A stretch of DNA of 62,530 nt, counting the filler, from Basidiobolus ranarum (taxonomy: Eukaryota), in the NCBI GenBank assembly GCA_040143965.1. It is 34 parts of 34 records of this genome, joined end to end, with 100 filler letters (N's around TTAATTAATTAA, not from the genome) between each part and the next. Parts side by side here need not be neighbours in the genome. Positions count along the whole stretch, not along the records: positions 24,010 to 25,753 come from JASJQH010004426.1; positions 25,854 to 27,596 come from JASJQH010004427.1; positions 27,697 to 29,438 come from JASJQH010004428.1; positions 29,539 to 31,280 come from JASJQH010004429.1; positions 31,381 to 33,121 come from JASJQH010004430.1; positions 33,222 to 34,962 come from JASJQH010004431.1; positions 35,063 to 36,803 come from JASJQH010004432.1; 27 more parts are not named here. The stretch is one strand, 5' to 3'. The first letter of the stretch is position 1; every line of letters begins with the position of its first letter. Below the pieces are notes generated by a model. It worked only from the letters and a program-made list of their open reading frames with translations, was not told the DNA's origin and made no database searches. Of this stretch, positions 25,248 to 36,903 are shown one piece after another. The translations under genes and the position numbers were made by a program.

Positions 25248-25753
25248 ATGAAGTTTCTAGCGTCCGGATCATTATTATTTCTCACTACCTTGCAAATAAC
25301 TACTGCTCTTCCGTCATATGGATCCGAAGGCAATAAATCTACTGACTACTGTCAGAGCTTGATTATTAAAGTAAACGCACTAGGTGCTCACCTAGATGCC
25401 AATGTGTGTATTGGTAGATTCGAAGAGCCTGGACATAACACTGTGGATGTTGCTAAGATGGACTGTAATGATCTGGTTGCAGCGGTTAAGGCTTTAGGCA
25501 TCAAGGTTAAGGCAGGTCTTTGCTCTGGAAATGGAAATGGAGGTCACGAAAGTGGCTATAAACAAGGTGATGTCGAAGATTACAATGATAGCAGTGAAGG
25601 TGAAGGTGGTGATTATAACGAAGATCACCCCGGAAATGGCAACGGTGGTTATGATGAAGTGGGCGATGACTACGATAACCGCCACGGTGCAGGCTATAAT
25701 GGGGGTGGTGGCGGCAGCGACGATGGTTATGATGGTGGTGGTAACGGTAGTGG
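25248..25753 (+). CDS. Secreted protein with two Cys-bounded 20-aa repeats and a Gly/Asp/Tyr-rich tail (3' partial)
   Basis: Signal-peptide-like MKFLASGSLLFLTTLQITTA-LP. Repeats CQSLIIKVNALGAHLDANVC and CNDLVAAVKALGIKVKAGLC. Tail of GGYD/GGDY motifs. Confidence 0.85.
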
Positions 25754-25853
25754 NNNNNNNNNNNNNNNNNNNNNNNNNNNNNNNNNNNNNNNNNNNNTTA
25801 ATTAATTAANNNNNNNNNNNNNNNNNNNNNNNNNNNNNNNNNNNNNNNNNNNN

Positions 25854-26411
25854 TTTAACCTGGAGTAAAACTTTGGTTTCAGATTGTTTTTCATTGTTTT
25901 CTTATCCTACAATAGTGTCCCAAAGTCCTTTTTCTTGCAGCAGCTTTTCATTTTAATTTTCCATACTTGATAATTGGTTCAATCCAATTTTTCAGAAGAG
26001 GGAAAAGTTCCATAAATTTGAGAAGTAGTCATTACAGAGAGTGCAAGCTCAGGGCTCATATCCTGTTAAAGTATTTGGGAGCCTGTTGGAAGTGGTTTGG
26101 GGAATTAGAGGAATTGGTGGTTTTTACTCATTGATTTATTGAGTAGAAAGTTGACATTTATAGTTTTGTCAAGATATAAACAAACTAACATGTAGAATAT
26201 GTTAAGAAAGGTCCCAGGAGCATGTGTGCAAAGTTTTGGGCTTCTAGCACAAGTTTGAAAAATCTATATATCTGAGAACTTCTAAGTTGGTAAAAATATT
26301 CTAAGTAAATTCTGATTTAGAATAATTGATAATATCTTAGTGAATTATAAGATGACTAAGTGCCAAGCTATATATGTCTATGTAGGTATTTAGGCAATGC
26401 TAATTTCAACA
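25854..26411 (-). mobile_element. Copia 5' end: complete LTR A (26064-26411), PBS (26052-26063) and start of gag
   Basis: TGTTGAAA...TTTAACA followed by GGATATGAGCCC, then gag ..EKLD*TNYQVWKIKMK. Confidence 0.88.
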
Positions 26412-27596
26412 CACAGGAATGCTATTTTCTTCATTGTTTTGGTTTGAATCAACTTCAATGATTGGATCATGAGAAAACTTATTTTCATCATCATCTGAGG
26501 TAATTTTGGGTGAAAATTTTTCAATTTCATTAAACAAAACATCCCTGGACTTAATTAACTTGGAAATTTTGGTATCATAGAGTCTGTAGGCCTTAGTTTG
26601 AGTACAATAACCCAGAAGTATGCATTTCTTACTTTTGGGATCAAATTTAGACCAATTTTTGGTCACAATTTTGACATAAACAATGCATCCAAAGTTCCTC
26701 AAATGTTTTACATCAGGTTTAACTGCAAACCAAGCTTGATATGGTGTAGAGTTAGACAGACTTAAAAGAAAAGTATATTCTCCAACATTATCTGTACATA
26801 TTTTCTTGATTTTAGTTCCAGTTTCAGTCTTCACAAGTGTTTTAAAATCTCTAAAGATGGAGAGAGCTTCTTCTTTTCTTTCCATAAAGTAGACCCAAGT
26901 TTATCTTGTATAATCATCAATAAATGTGATTATATATCTTTTTCCACCTAAAGATAAATTTTGCATAGGTCCACACAAATCTGAATGAATTAGATCCAAT
27001 TTTTTTCTTGTCTTGTGGTCTACACCCAAGCACTCTTCTGCCTTCTAGCCTCTTGTTGTTGTTTCCAGTCCTTGTCCAGTTCCTTATTGTGACACCTGTT
27101 GTAGATCTCCTGTCTTCAATATCTCTTCTCCAATTTGTATCTAAATAAGCCATCAGATCAAATTTTGATCAAGAATATGTGTATTTTAAGCATAGATCCA
27201 CAGTAACTTTCAAATACCAGAAAATTCACATAACTGTTATGATTTGATCAGATCCATAATTTTGAAGATATTGGCACATAACTCCCACAGAATATGCAAT
27301 ATCTGCCCCTGTTCCAACCATGATATACATCAGACTACCAACCATACATTGATAAGGAAATTTCTGGCTTTCATTTGAATCCAAGAATGTCTAATTTGAG
27401 CCATTTTTGGTCAAGTTAAGATTTGTCTCCATTGGGGTAGATACTGGATAACATTCTTCTATTTTAAACTTCTTTAGTATATCTGGGATATACTTAGACT
27501 GGTTTAAAGTTATTGTTTTGGTAGTTCTATCTATCTTAATTTGGATTCCAAGATAGTACATCAGTTCACCTAGATCAGTCATTTTGAATTTGGCAG
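26412..27596 (-). mobile_element. Copia integrase and RT fragments with an LTR B fragment (27007-27093)
   Basis: KICTDNVGEY, SKFDPKSKKCILLGY, MTDLGELMYYLGIQI, DIEDRRSTTG. Confidence 0.9.
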
Positions 27597-27695
27597 NNNN
27601 NNNNNNNNNNNNNNNNNNNNNNNNNNNNNNNNNNNNNNNNTTAATTAATTAANNNNNNNNNNNNNNNNNNNNNNNNNNNNNNNNNNNNNNNNNNN

Positions 27696-29438
27696 NGCCA
27701 TATCCAACTAATCTTCCTTTGTACGTTTCTATGGTTCCAACAGATTGGATTTTGACTTTTTAGACCCATTTGCAACCTATTGGCTATCTCCCAGATGGAA
27801 GAGGACTTAAAACACATGTTTTATTGTCCTGAAGTGAAGAAAACTCATCTGACATTGCTTTTTCCCATGAATTTGATTCTGGACACTCCAAAGCTTGATC
27901 TAGAGTCTGTGGCTTGTCACAGAATACTGCATAAGTGTATACATCATCATTGAAAGTGTTTCACCAATTTCCTGGCTAATTTCTCCTTCTGGATGATATC
28001 CCGGGTCCTGAATCATGCTTTGATTTAATTGGGACTGAAATTTTGGTTGAATAGGGCTCTGATATAGCTGGAAATTTGTCAGATGCTTCTGGAATAGTGC
28101 TGGTTGTGTTTTCTGGATGTAGAACTGTGAATTGAGGTGAAAAATTTGCTTTTTCATCAAAAATCACTTGATTAACTTCTGATATTTGGTATCAAACAGT
28201 CTGTAGGCCTTGGATCCACAAAGTAACCAAGAATTATGCATTTTCTGCTTTTAGGTTTCAATTCTGAGCATTTTTGAGCTGAAATTAGGCAATATGCTAT
28301 GTACCAAAGATCCTGAGATGATCCACACTTGGTTTTGAACCTAGAGGGCTTCAAATGGAGTAGAATTTTGTAGCAATCTTATTGGGCATCTGTTTTTGAT
28401 ACAGACTGCAGTGGAGACAGATTCAGCCCAATATTGGTAATCTAACTTTTGATCATGTAACATTGATCTTGCCACCTCCACTATGGTCCTATTAGCACAT
28501 TCTGCAACTCCATTTTGCAGTGGAGTATAAGGTACAGTAGTTTGTTGCTTAATTCCATGGACTTGTTCCTTTGTGCCAGGATTTATCAGACCTTGGTTCA
28601 GTATATTAGAGTAAATGTGTTTGAAATTGATCATGCTGGAGGGTGATGGATATTGCCAAATTGTGCCGCATAAATTTTTGAACACATTATCCAATATAGT
28701 ATATACAGCACAATCTGGCATTATCACTAGGAACAAGTCTCATGTTAAGAGCAAAAACTAGCAAAGTCCTTAGAGCAGTATTCTCCACCATTATCACTCC
28801 TTAGTAACCTTACTTTTTGTGCTGATTCTTTCTCTACCATTGCTTTGTAGTGCTTGAACATAGCTAAGGTTTCTGATTTTGATTTGAGAAAGAATACCCA
28901 AATATATCTTGTTTTATCATCAATAGAAGTCATAGAGTACCTGTTTGCACCCAATAAGACATTTTGCAGGGGCTTACATAGTTCTGAAAGAATCAGGTAA
29001 AAATGGTGAGTGGATTTGATTTCTCTAGAGCTTAAAAATTGCTGTCTTTGATGTTTTCCGTATATGCAACCTTCACACAGATCCACTTTAGTGATATTTC
29101 CAATTTCTAAGCCTGAAACAAGCTGATTTTGGATCATTTGGGTCAGTTTCTGTTCCCCAATATGGCCTCATTTTCTATGCCATGTTTGAAAACTTATTTC
29201 ACCAGTTTTGGCCAAGTTTGCATGCTCAGAATTCAATTTGTTGATTTCTAGCTTGTATAAGTTTTGAGTTTTGAACCCAGTAGCTCATTTGGTATTATTC
29301 TGATTTGTGATAGTGCATCCAGCCTTGTTGAGCATAACATTTAATCCTTGAGTTGTTGCTTGGCTCACTGAGAGTAGATTCTTGGCTATATTTGGTACAT
29401 AGAGTACATCATCAAATTTTGCAGATGGTGTAGCTGAA
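27696..29438 (-). mobile_element. Copia pre-integrase/integrase to RT start, same family as 1-1750
   Basis: CEGCIYGKHQR, LRSDNGGEY, VPYTPLQNGVAE, CKWV. Colinear with 1-1060. Confidence 0.93.
28559..28740. mobile_element. 182-bp MITE with 12-bp TIR and 3-bp TSD (CAT)
   Basis: cat[GGACTTGTTCCT...AGGAACAAGTCT]cat. The empty site aattgcatgtt is present in the paralogous integrase at ~352-362. Confidence 0.88.
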
Positions 29439-29538
29439 NNNNNNNNNNNNNNNNNNNNNNNNNNNNNNNNNNNNNNNNNNNNTTAATTAATTAANNNNNN
29501 NNNNNNNNNNNNNNNNNNNNNNNNNNNNNNNNNNNNNN

Positions 29539-31280
29539 CTTTTTGGTGGAAATACAGAAAACTAACACTGGGGTTGTGTTCAGAACATCTGTGGGAGTAA
29601 AATGAGCTATCTTTGGGGCAATTTAGATGAGTTTGAAATTTCCAATATGCAATTGCTAATTCTCACAATATTCACATATATATATAATATACATTCTGAT
29701 TTGCAGTTAAGTGATATATGGCTGAGTAATGTTAGCTAACTTATATGTGATATATGAAATATTTAGGTGTATAAAGATAGAGATAACAAATATGCTAAAG
29801 ACAATACACTTCAACACTCCCACTCAACTAAATATTCATATATCTTACTCCTGACTTAAATCTTAATTCTTCAAATTTTGGCTTGGGTAATGGTTTGGTA
29901 ACATTGTCAGCAATCATGTCCTCAGTTGGACAATACTCTAGTTGGATGTGCTTATTCTCAATAGCTTCCCTAACATGGTGATGTTGAATATCAATGTGCT
30001 TACTTCTAGCATGAAATTTGGAATTTTTAGCTAAAGAAATACAACTTTGATTATCCTTGAAAATTATGGTGGGTGAACTTTGAGACATGCCCAAGTCTTT
30101 GAACAGTTTCCCTAACCTCATAGCCTCCTTTGCTATATGTGATTCTGCAATGTACTCTGCTTCAGTTGTTGAAAATGCTACAGTGGGTTGTTTCTTGTTA
30201 TAACAAGATAAGGCCGCTTCACTGTAGAGAAAGGTATATCCAGTGATAAAACTTCTGTCCTCAATATCATGTCCCCAGTCTGCATCACTAAGCCCAATTA
30301 GATCCTTATTCTCATAAGAGTATTTGTATCTTAATCCCAGATCAGTTGTCCTCTTCAAATATCTGAAAATCCACTCAACTGCTGCATAATGCTCAGATCC
30401 TGTATTTTGCACATTTTGGCTAATTACTCCCACTGCAAAAGTAGTATCTGGCCAGGTTCCAGTCAAAGCATAGAACAACCTACCTACTATAGATTGATAA
30501 GGGAACTCAGGGCTTTCAAAAGACATATTTTGAGCCATATTTGGCCAATTTTCATTGTTTTTGATGGGATTTTCAACTAGTTTCACACCTGGATCCATGG
30601 GAGTTGCTACTGGCTTATAAATCTCCATCCTGTAATGTTTGACAATGCCTGAGATGCATTTAGACTGATTCAGAGTATTGGATTTACTGAATATATTTGT
30701 ATGGATCTGTAGGTCTAAAAAATACATAAGTTCACCTAAATTGGTCATCTTAATTGGACTGATACATCTCTTTTGGTGTTCCTGAGAGCTTCATCATTAT
30801 TTGTAGCTATTATCATATCATCTACATATAATGCAAGTATTACCATACTGTCCTTATCTGTCTTTAAGTAGATGCCCAATCTGCCATACTCTACTGGAAA
30901 TCAAGTGATTCCAAGTTTGTGTCTATCATAGTGTACCAGAACCTGGGTGATTGTTTAAGTCCATAAAGTCATTTTTGGCAGCTTACACATATCCTAAGGG
31001 TGCTCAGGAGCCACAAAACCATCTGGTTGGTCCATGAATATATCCTCTTCCAAGTTCCCATCAAAAAAAGCAGTTTTAACATCCATTTGATGGATCTTTA
31101 AGCTGTGTTTTGCTGCTACTGCTAGTACAGTTCTGATGAAATTAAACTTTGCTACAGGAGCAAATGTTTCATTGTAGTCCACTCCTTCCATTTGAGAGTA
31201 TCCCTTAGCCACAAGTCTGGCTTTCATCTCGCTACAGATCCATCAGCTTGCTGTTTAGATTTAAACACCCATTTGCATCC
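29539..31280 (-). mobile_element. Copia RT-RNase H, PPT (29817-29827) and 3' LTR D (29539-29816)
   Basis: [51 protein letters not shown] is followed directly by TGTTGAAG. Confidence 0.95.
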
Positions 31281-31381
31281 NNNNNNNNNNNNNNNNNNNN
31301 NNNNNNNNNNNNNNNNNNNNNNNNTTAATTAATTAANNNNNNNNNNNNNNNNNNNNNNNNNNNNNNNNNNNNNNNNNNNNT

Positions 31382-31756
31382 CTGAGAGGGAAATGTATTG
31401 AAATGCTATTATCATTAAATCAGGTACGTACCTACTTCTAATTCAATTGAGGATACTCCTACTTCCATATTTCAATATATTGAGGACGTAATTTCTATTC
31501 TCTTATTCGAACTGCTATGCAACAGCCTAAAGATGATATGCAAACTCCTCTACTTCAGATTTTATATGTTAATTGATACTATTTATTAGTCTAATGACGG
31601 TGATCACTTTCTTGCAATCAGGGGCTCTGCAAACTCCTACGCCCCGTAGCTATATGGAAAAGTACAACAATAGAAAGAAAATTATACAAGCTCTTAAATA
31701 TGTGCTACAATATTGTATATCCTGATGTAAACCCAAGTAAATTTAAATCTGTCTAG
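31382..31756 (+). CDS. Possible 3' end of a multi-exon gene of unknown function
   Basis: Three short GT..AG introns give an open phase-0 chain (LRGKCIEMLLSLNQ / DTPTSIFQYIED / PKDDMQTPLLQILY / GLCKLL...). One intron is very short with a GAG acceptor, and I recognise no homology. Confidence 0.25.
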
Positions 31757-32772
31757 ACTAAAGAAGTTGGATACATATGGATTAATCAATCAGTATAGCT
31801 CTTCCGCTATGCACTCTGATAGCATTTTAGCTAAACGTAAGTAAAAAAATAGTCTAGTCCCAGTTGAAAGGCAGCATTCAAAACAACAGTTCTGCATAAT
31901 CCACTGAAATTATCGCGATGTACAAACAGCGAACGTAGGATTTTTTGTTGATTAAAGATATAGAGAACGAGTAATTACATCTAAAAATCTTCAATTCTAC
32001 ATCAACTCGCATGGATCTACGTTGCTCTACTTCCGCTACATAGTGAATTGAATTCATTCAATAATGAAATACTCAACTATTGCTTGTTCTCTCCGCTGTT
32101 CTAGCCATTAATGCCAGTATGTCTGAACGTTCGTACGATCCAAGCTATATATTATAAATTATATATTATATATATTTATTCAAAATGTAGAGTTGAAAAT
32201 AGCTACCAATACTGGTTATTGATGTTGCTGATGAAATTGTAATCGGTAAACTTTTTATGATCAGTAGCATGTAACTAGGGAATCTAAGCAGTACTGTTCC
32301 AATTTTAGTATTGATGAAGAATTTGATAACTTTACAACGCATTAGCTGCCAGTGATATGGAATGAGACTCAAGCTTAAAGCTGTGCTAGAAGAATAATGT
32401 GTATAAAAGTATACTGAATTTTAACCTATAATTTAGATAGTTTCAGTAGATGGCCCTGATCCTGTAATAATATTTCCGATAAATACATACCTGATGAGTG
32501 CTGTATATACAGTAAGTATTGTTTATACCAAATTTATGCAATTCTGAATATGACTATATATTTTCTAACTGTTCCACCGGCATAGTGTTCCTATAATTCG
32601 GAGAGCGGCTACTATTTACCATAAACATACCGATGTTTTACAGTCTTAGGGTGTGACTTCATGATGGAATTCCTCGAATGAATGCAATATAACTCAAACA
32701 TAAAAAATACGACTTTAATTTGCAATATAGCTTCGTTTATTAAACACAGTTATGAGTGCACTATAGCACAGC

Positions 32773-33120
32773 TTATTGGTTAGAGTTGAACACCAAGAGA
32801 TTTGGGGTAGTACCCTTCAATCCGGTAATCACATTCTTGGTGGCCTTGGATACAAGTGCTGCGTATACTTGGGCAGGGGTGTTCAAACCACCTTGGGATA
32901 GGTACAATGCGGCAACACCGGCAACATGAGGACTGGCCATACTGGTACCGGAGATCTTCTTGCTAGCTGAGGTACCTCCGATCCATGCCGAGGTGATGTC
33001 TTGGCCAGGTGCTGAGAGCTTAACACATTTGCCGTAGTTACTGAAGCTGGCGGCTCCGTCGGTGATGGTAGTGGCTCCAACTGCGAATGCTTGTCCAGCA
33101 TTGGCTGGGGAGACATTACA
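32773..33120 (-). CDS. Subtilisin (S8, proteinase K-like) serine protease, C-terminal part
   Basis: Frame absent from the ORF track: CNVSPANAGQAFAVGATT..DGAASFSNYGKCVKLSAPGQDITSAWIG...ISGTSMASPHVAGVAALYL...TPNLLVFN. Contains the catalytic GTSMA motif. Confidence 0.96.
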   Translation of the reverse strand, partial: CNVSPANAGQAFAVGATTITDGAASFSNYGKCVKLSAPGQDITSAWIGGTSASKKISGTSMASPHVAGVAALYLSQGGLNTPAQVYAALVSKATKNVITGLKGTTPNLLVFNSNQ

Positions 33121-33221
33121 GNNNNNNNNNNNNNNNNNNNNNNNNNNNNNNNNNNNNNNNNNNNNTTAATTAATTAANNNNNNNNNNNNNNNNNNNNNNN
33201 NNNNNNNNNNNNNNNNNNNNN

Positions 33222-34962
33222 GGTGAAGCCATCTCGGACCAGGGAATGTTGGAGAATACTGGTGATTGAAGGTAGGCAATCTGGAGCCTCAATACCAATG
33301 AGAGGGTTTGAAATTGGGCCAACTTTATCACTTGTGAGGTGCCTAGCTTGAAATGATCAATAAATATTCAACAATGATATCTAATCTGGCCACGGAATTT
33401 ACTTGAATTGTCTTTTAGACGACTGAACAAATCCCAGAGAGTCGCAATGCAAATGGTTACTATTCTTATACTTTGCTTGTAGGCATCTTCTCCAAATGAA
33501 TTCAATAATAGCTTTTCAAGGTGGTCAATGACCTGCGTTTCCAAATCTTGAACTGACTCTTCACTAATTGAAAATGGATAAGTTACTAGTCATAGAGATC
33601 CATGTTGTTTCTTAATCATACCTGGAATTACACAAGAGAAGTCTCGATTGCAGCTTCAGGAACAATCTGACAAATCGATTAAACTCGCTGATTACATGCA
33701 CACGTCAATTGAGGTTAGCAAACATAATGTAAATACAACACAATCGAATTCATCACGTACTCGTTCGTTTGGTTTGCTCCGGTGGATTTCGAGATGTTTG
33801 AATACAGTGTTTGAAGGTTATTTTTGGCTATAGTAGAAGGGTATTTTGTAACAAGGCTATTTCAAAAGTGTAAGAATTTCAGACGATTACATTAATATCA
33901 ATGGCAATCGATGGAGAACGTACCTAAGACAATTCCAGTACACAGCTTCTATATGATTGCCAGAATAGGTGGCAAGTAGAGCAAGCTGACCGTGAGGTTT
34001 ACCTTTTTGGAGTAGAATGTACATGTTTAAATCTAGAAGAATCAATGTAATACACTAGCTATGAAGTCTTTACCACTATCCGGATACACGCGAACTGCTT
34101 GTGCATAAAAGTCACGAGAAAGAGTCCAATCGCTAGCATCTTTGTTGTTAGAAATTTCTTTGTATCTAGCCAAGTCTCCAAGGTACGTTAAACAGCGTTG
34201 AATACATGCAGCTCCAATTTCTTTATGCTTAGGATATTTTGCTTCTTTCATTTTCAAGAGGTCTAACAATATAATGCACCATGGTTTTGAGTAAAAAAAT
34301 AAAAATGATATTACACGTTCCATGAGATAGTACCAAAGCCAAAAGTATCCACATTTATGTCCGTTTGAAGTTTAACGCTGTTTAGTAAAGTATGATAAAA
34401 ACCAGTTCCCAGATCGAATAGTCGACTTAATTCAACGCGAGAGCGCTGGGCGGCGTTTTTATCTTTAGACTAAAACAATTATTCAATAAGGTATATCTTT
34501 TAAAGTTTGCTTATATATGGTATATGTACCTGCAATTTCTCTAACTGCATCCTTAACATCTTGATTGGACCGTGAAAAATCGTATGCCATAGACGTTCTT
34601 CGATATCATTCTCCTTGGAGAGTTTCAAATCCGATAAAATGATCTCTTCATATAGATCTTTCAAACTGGTTCAAGATCAATACAAATTCACACAAAATAT
34701 ATATATCAAAAATAAACGCTTAAATACTTGCTACGTATATGGGCAGCATCAACAGCAGCCGCTACCGCAGTTTCTCGAGTCTTTGCCTGTCGTGTCTGAA
34801 GCTCTGAGGTTTTTAGGTCCTCTTCGTACCTCAGAATTTCACTTAATAAAAACTAAGTATGTCTATTTACGGAGAAGACGCAAGAAAAATAAAAAGAAGT
34901 TTATTATAAACCGAAAAGCTTATTTCACCTTAATAGCTGCTTTGTAATGAGATTGGACTTCT
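33222..34962 (-). CDS. Est1/SMG5-7 family TPR-domain protein (NMD/telomerase associated), multi-exon, partial
   Basis: Exons read LKDLYEEIILSDL...IEERLWHTIFH; LSRLFDLGTGFYHTLL; RCLTYLGDLARY...FYAQAVRVYPDSG|KPHGQLALLA. They are joined by short GT-AG introns. Confidence 0.88.
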
Positions 34963-35062
34963 NNNNNNNNNNNNNNNNNNNNNNNNNNNNNNNNNNNNNN
35001 NNNNNNTTAATTAATTAANNNNNNNNNNNNNNNNNNNNNNNNNNNNNNNNNNNNNNNNNNNN

Positions 35063-36803
35063 ACTTATTATATTGATATTAGGATATTCCTATTTAGAAT
35101 TTAGGGGCTATAGCTACATTGCTTTCTGTTTCTGATATATGTATCTTTTCTAAAGTGAACTATGATGTTGAATAAGGATTAATTTTCGAACAGTTTCAAT
35201 ATTTGAAGATATATGAAGCAATGGTCACAACTATAACAGGAAGAAAAATGAATTTCCTACACAGTGATAATGGAACTGAACTTAGCAATGAAGCCATGAC
35301 TAGCTTTTGTCAAGAAAAGGAAATGCAGCAGCAATTTGCTATTCCACATAGTGTAAAACAAAATGAAGTTGCAGAATGAATGAATAGGACTTTAGTAGAG
35401 CAAGCATGTACAATGCTGATTGATTCAGATCTGGCTAAGACCAATTGGGGTGAAGCTATTTTAACAGCTACATATCTCCAAAATAGAAGTCCAACACATA
35501 GCAACGATGACTCTGAAATGCCTATTGAAATCTGGACTGGAAACAAGCTTAGTCTGAATCACCTCAGAATTTTTGAATCAATTTTATATTCTCATATTCC
35601 TAAACCTCACCATAAGAGATTGGACAAAAAGGCAATTAAATGTATCTTATTAGGATATTAGAACAAAGGCTATTGTCTCCTAATTGCTGGCACAAATCAA
35701 ATCATCAACTTCAGAGATACTGTATTCATTGAAGAATATCTCAAATTTTCTACTCCAGGGAATTTGATTTTGGCTGAAAATCAAGTTCTCAATTACTCAA
35801 ATTCTCAGTCAACAAGTTCTGAAACCAATCCTGAGCTAACAAGTACTGAAACTAGCTTGGAAAATGATACATTGGAACCAGATACTGGAATTAGGCCAAA
35901 TTTGGAATCTGAAACTATCTATCAAGATTATCCAAATTTAGAAAATATCACATCTGGGACAAGGTCTAAAACATCAGCCACCAATGAATGTATAACAAAG
36001 CTCAAAGCATTACCAATCCCTGTGGTGAATATCCCTAGCAGAAAACCAACAAATAATAATCCTGTCTCAAACTTCACTATGAGTACAGAAACCAAGGAGA
36101 ACGACTTTGATATGATATTCTGGAATCAAGCAGCTATATGAGTAGTGAAACATCAGGCAGCACTCAAAATGCACCAATTAATACCAGAGAACCTGTTAAT
36201 TACTCTTAGGATACTGATAATTTGGAATCAACTTCTGGAAATCAGCATATTATCTCTGCCAACAAAAAATATGGTAATCAGAAAAAGGATATTTTTCCAG
36301 CCATTCATGAATCAGGAAAATGGGCTCAGAAACTGGGCAATAACTTTCTGACCAATCACATATCTAAGAAATATCTTACTCTCAATTTGGCTGATATTGC
36401 ATACAATCAATTATCGGAAGTATGCAATCAATCACAATAAATGTTCTATCAATCACAAAATTGAGGCAATCAGGTCTCAGAAATCCTACAAAGTCAAAAT
36501 CAGAAACATCCTGTAAGTGAAACATCTGACCATTATTCTGAGGACTTTGGATGTCTCTAATCAGAGCATGAAATCAACAGTTTTAGTTCAGAAAAAGGGT
36601 GGAATATATTTGCACATATAACATTTTCTGAACCAGAAAATTTGACACAAGCTCTGAAATCTGATGAAGCAACAAAATGGAGAAAAGCCACTGATGATAA
36701 ATTTCACTCCCTGATCAAGACTACCACATGGATCGTTGTGGTCTTACCTACTGGAACAAAAATTATTGATAATAGATGGGTGCTGAAACTGAAACTTAAC
36801 TCA
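35063..36803 (+). mobile_element. Copia integrase to RT start, decayed, preceded by an LTR C piece (-, ~35063-35192)
   Basis: LHSDNGTE, MNRTLVEQACTML, WGEAILTATYLQNRSPT, KRLDKKAIKCILLGY, EPENLTQAL, NRWVLKLK. Confidence 0.92.
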
Positions 36804-36903
36804 NNNNNNNNNNNNNNNNNNNNNNNNNNNNNNNNNNNNNNNNNNNNTTAATTAATTAANNNNNNNNNNNNNNNNNNNNNNNNNNNNNNNNNNNNNNNNN
36901 NNN

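Noticed and set aside
32883-33116. Listed 77-aa Pro-rich ORF
   Set aside because: It is an alternative frame of the subtilisin C-terminus.
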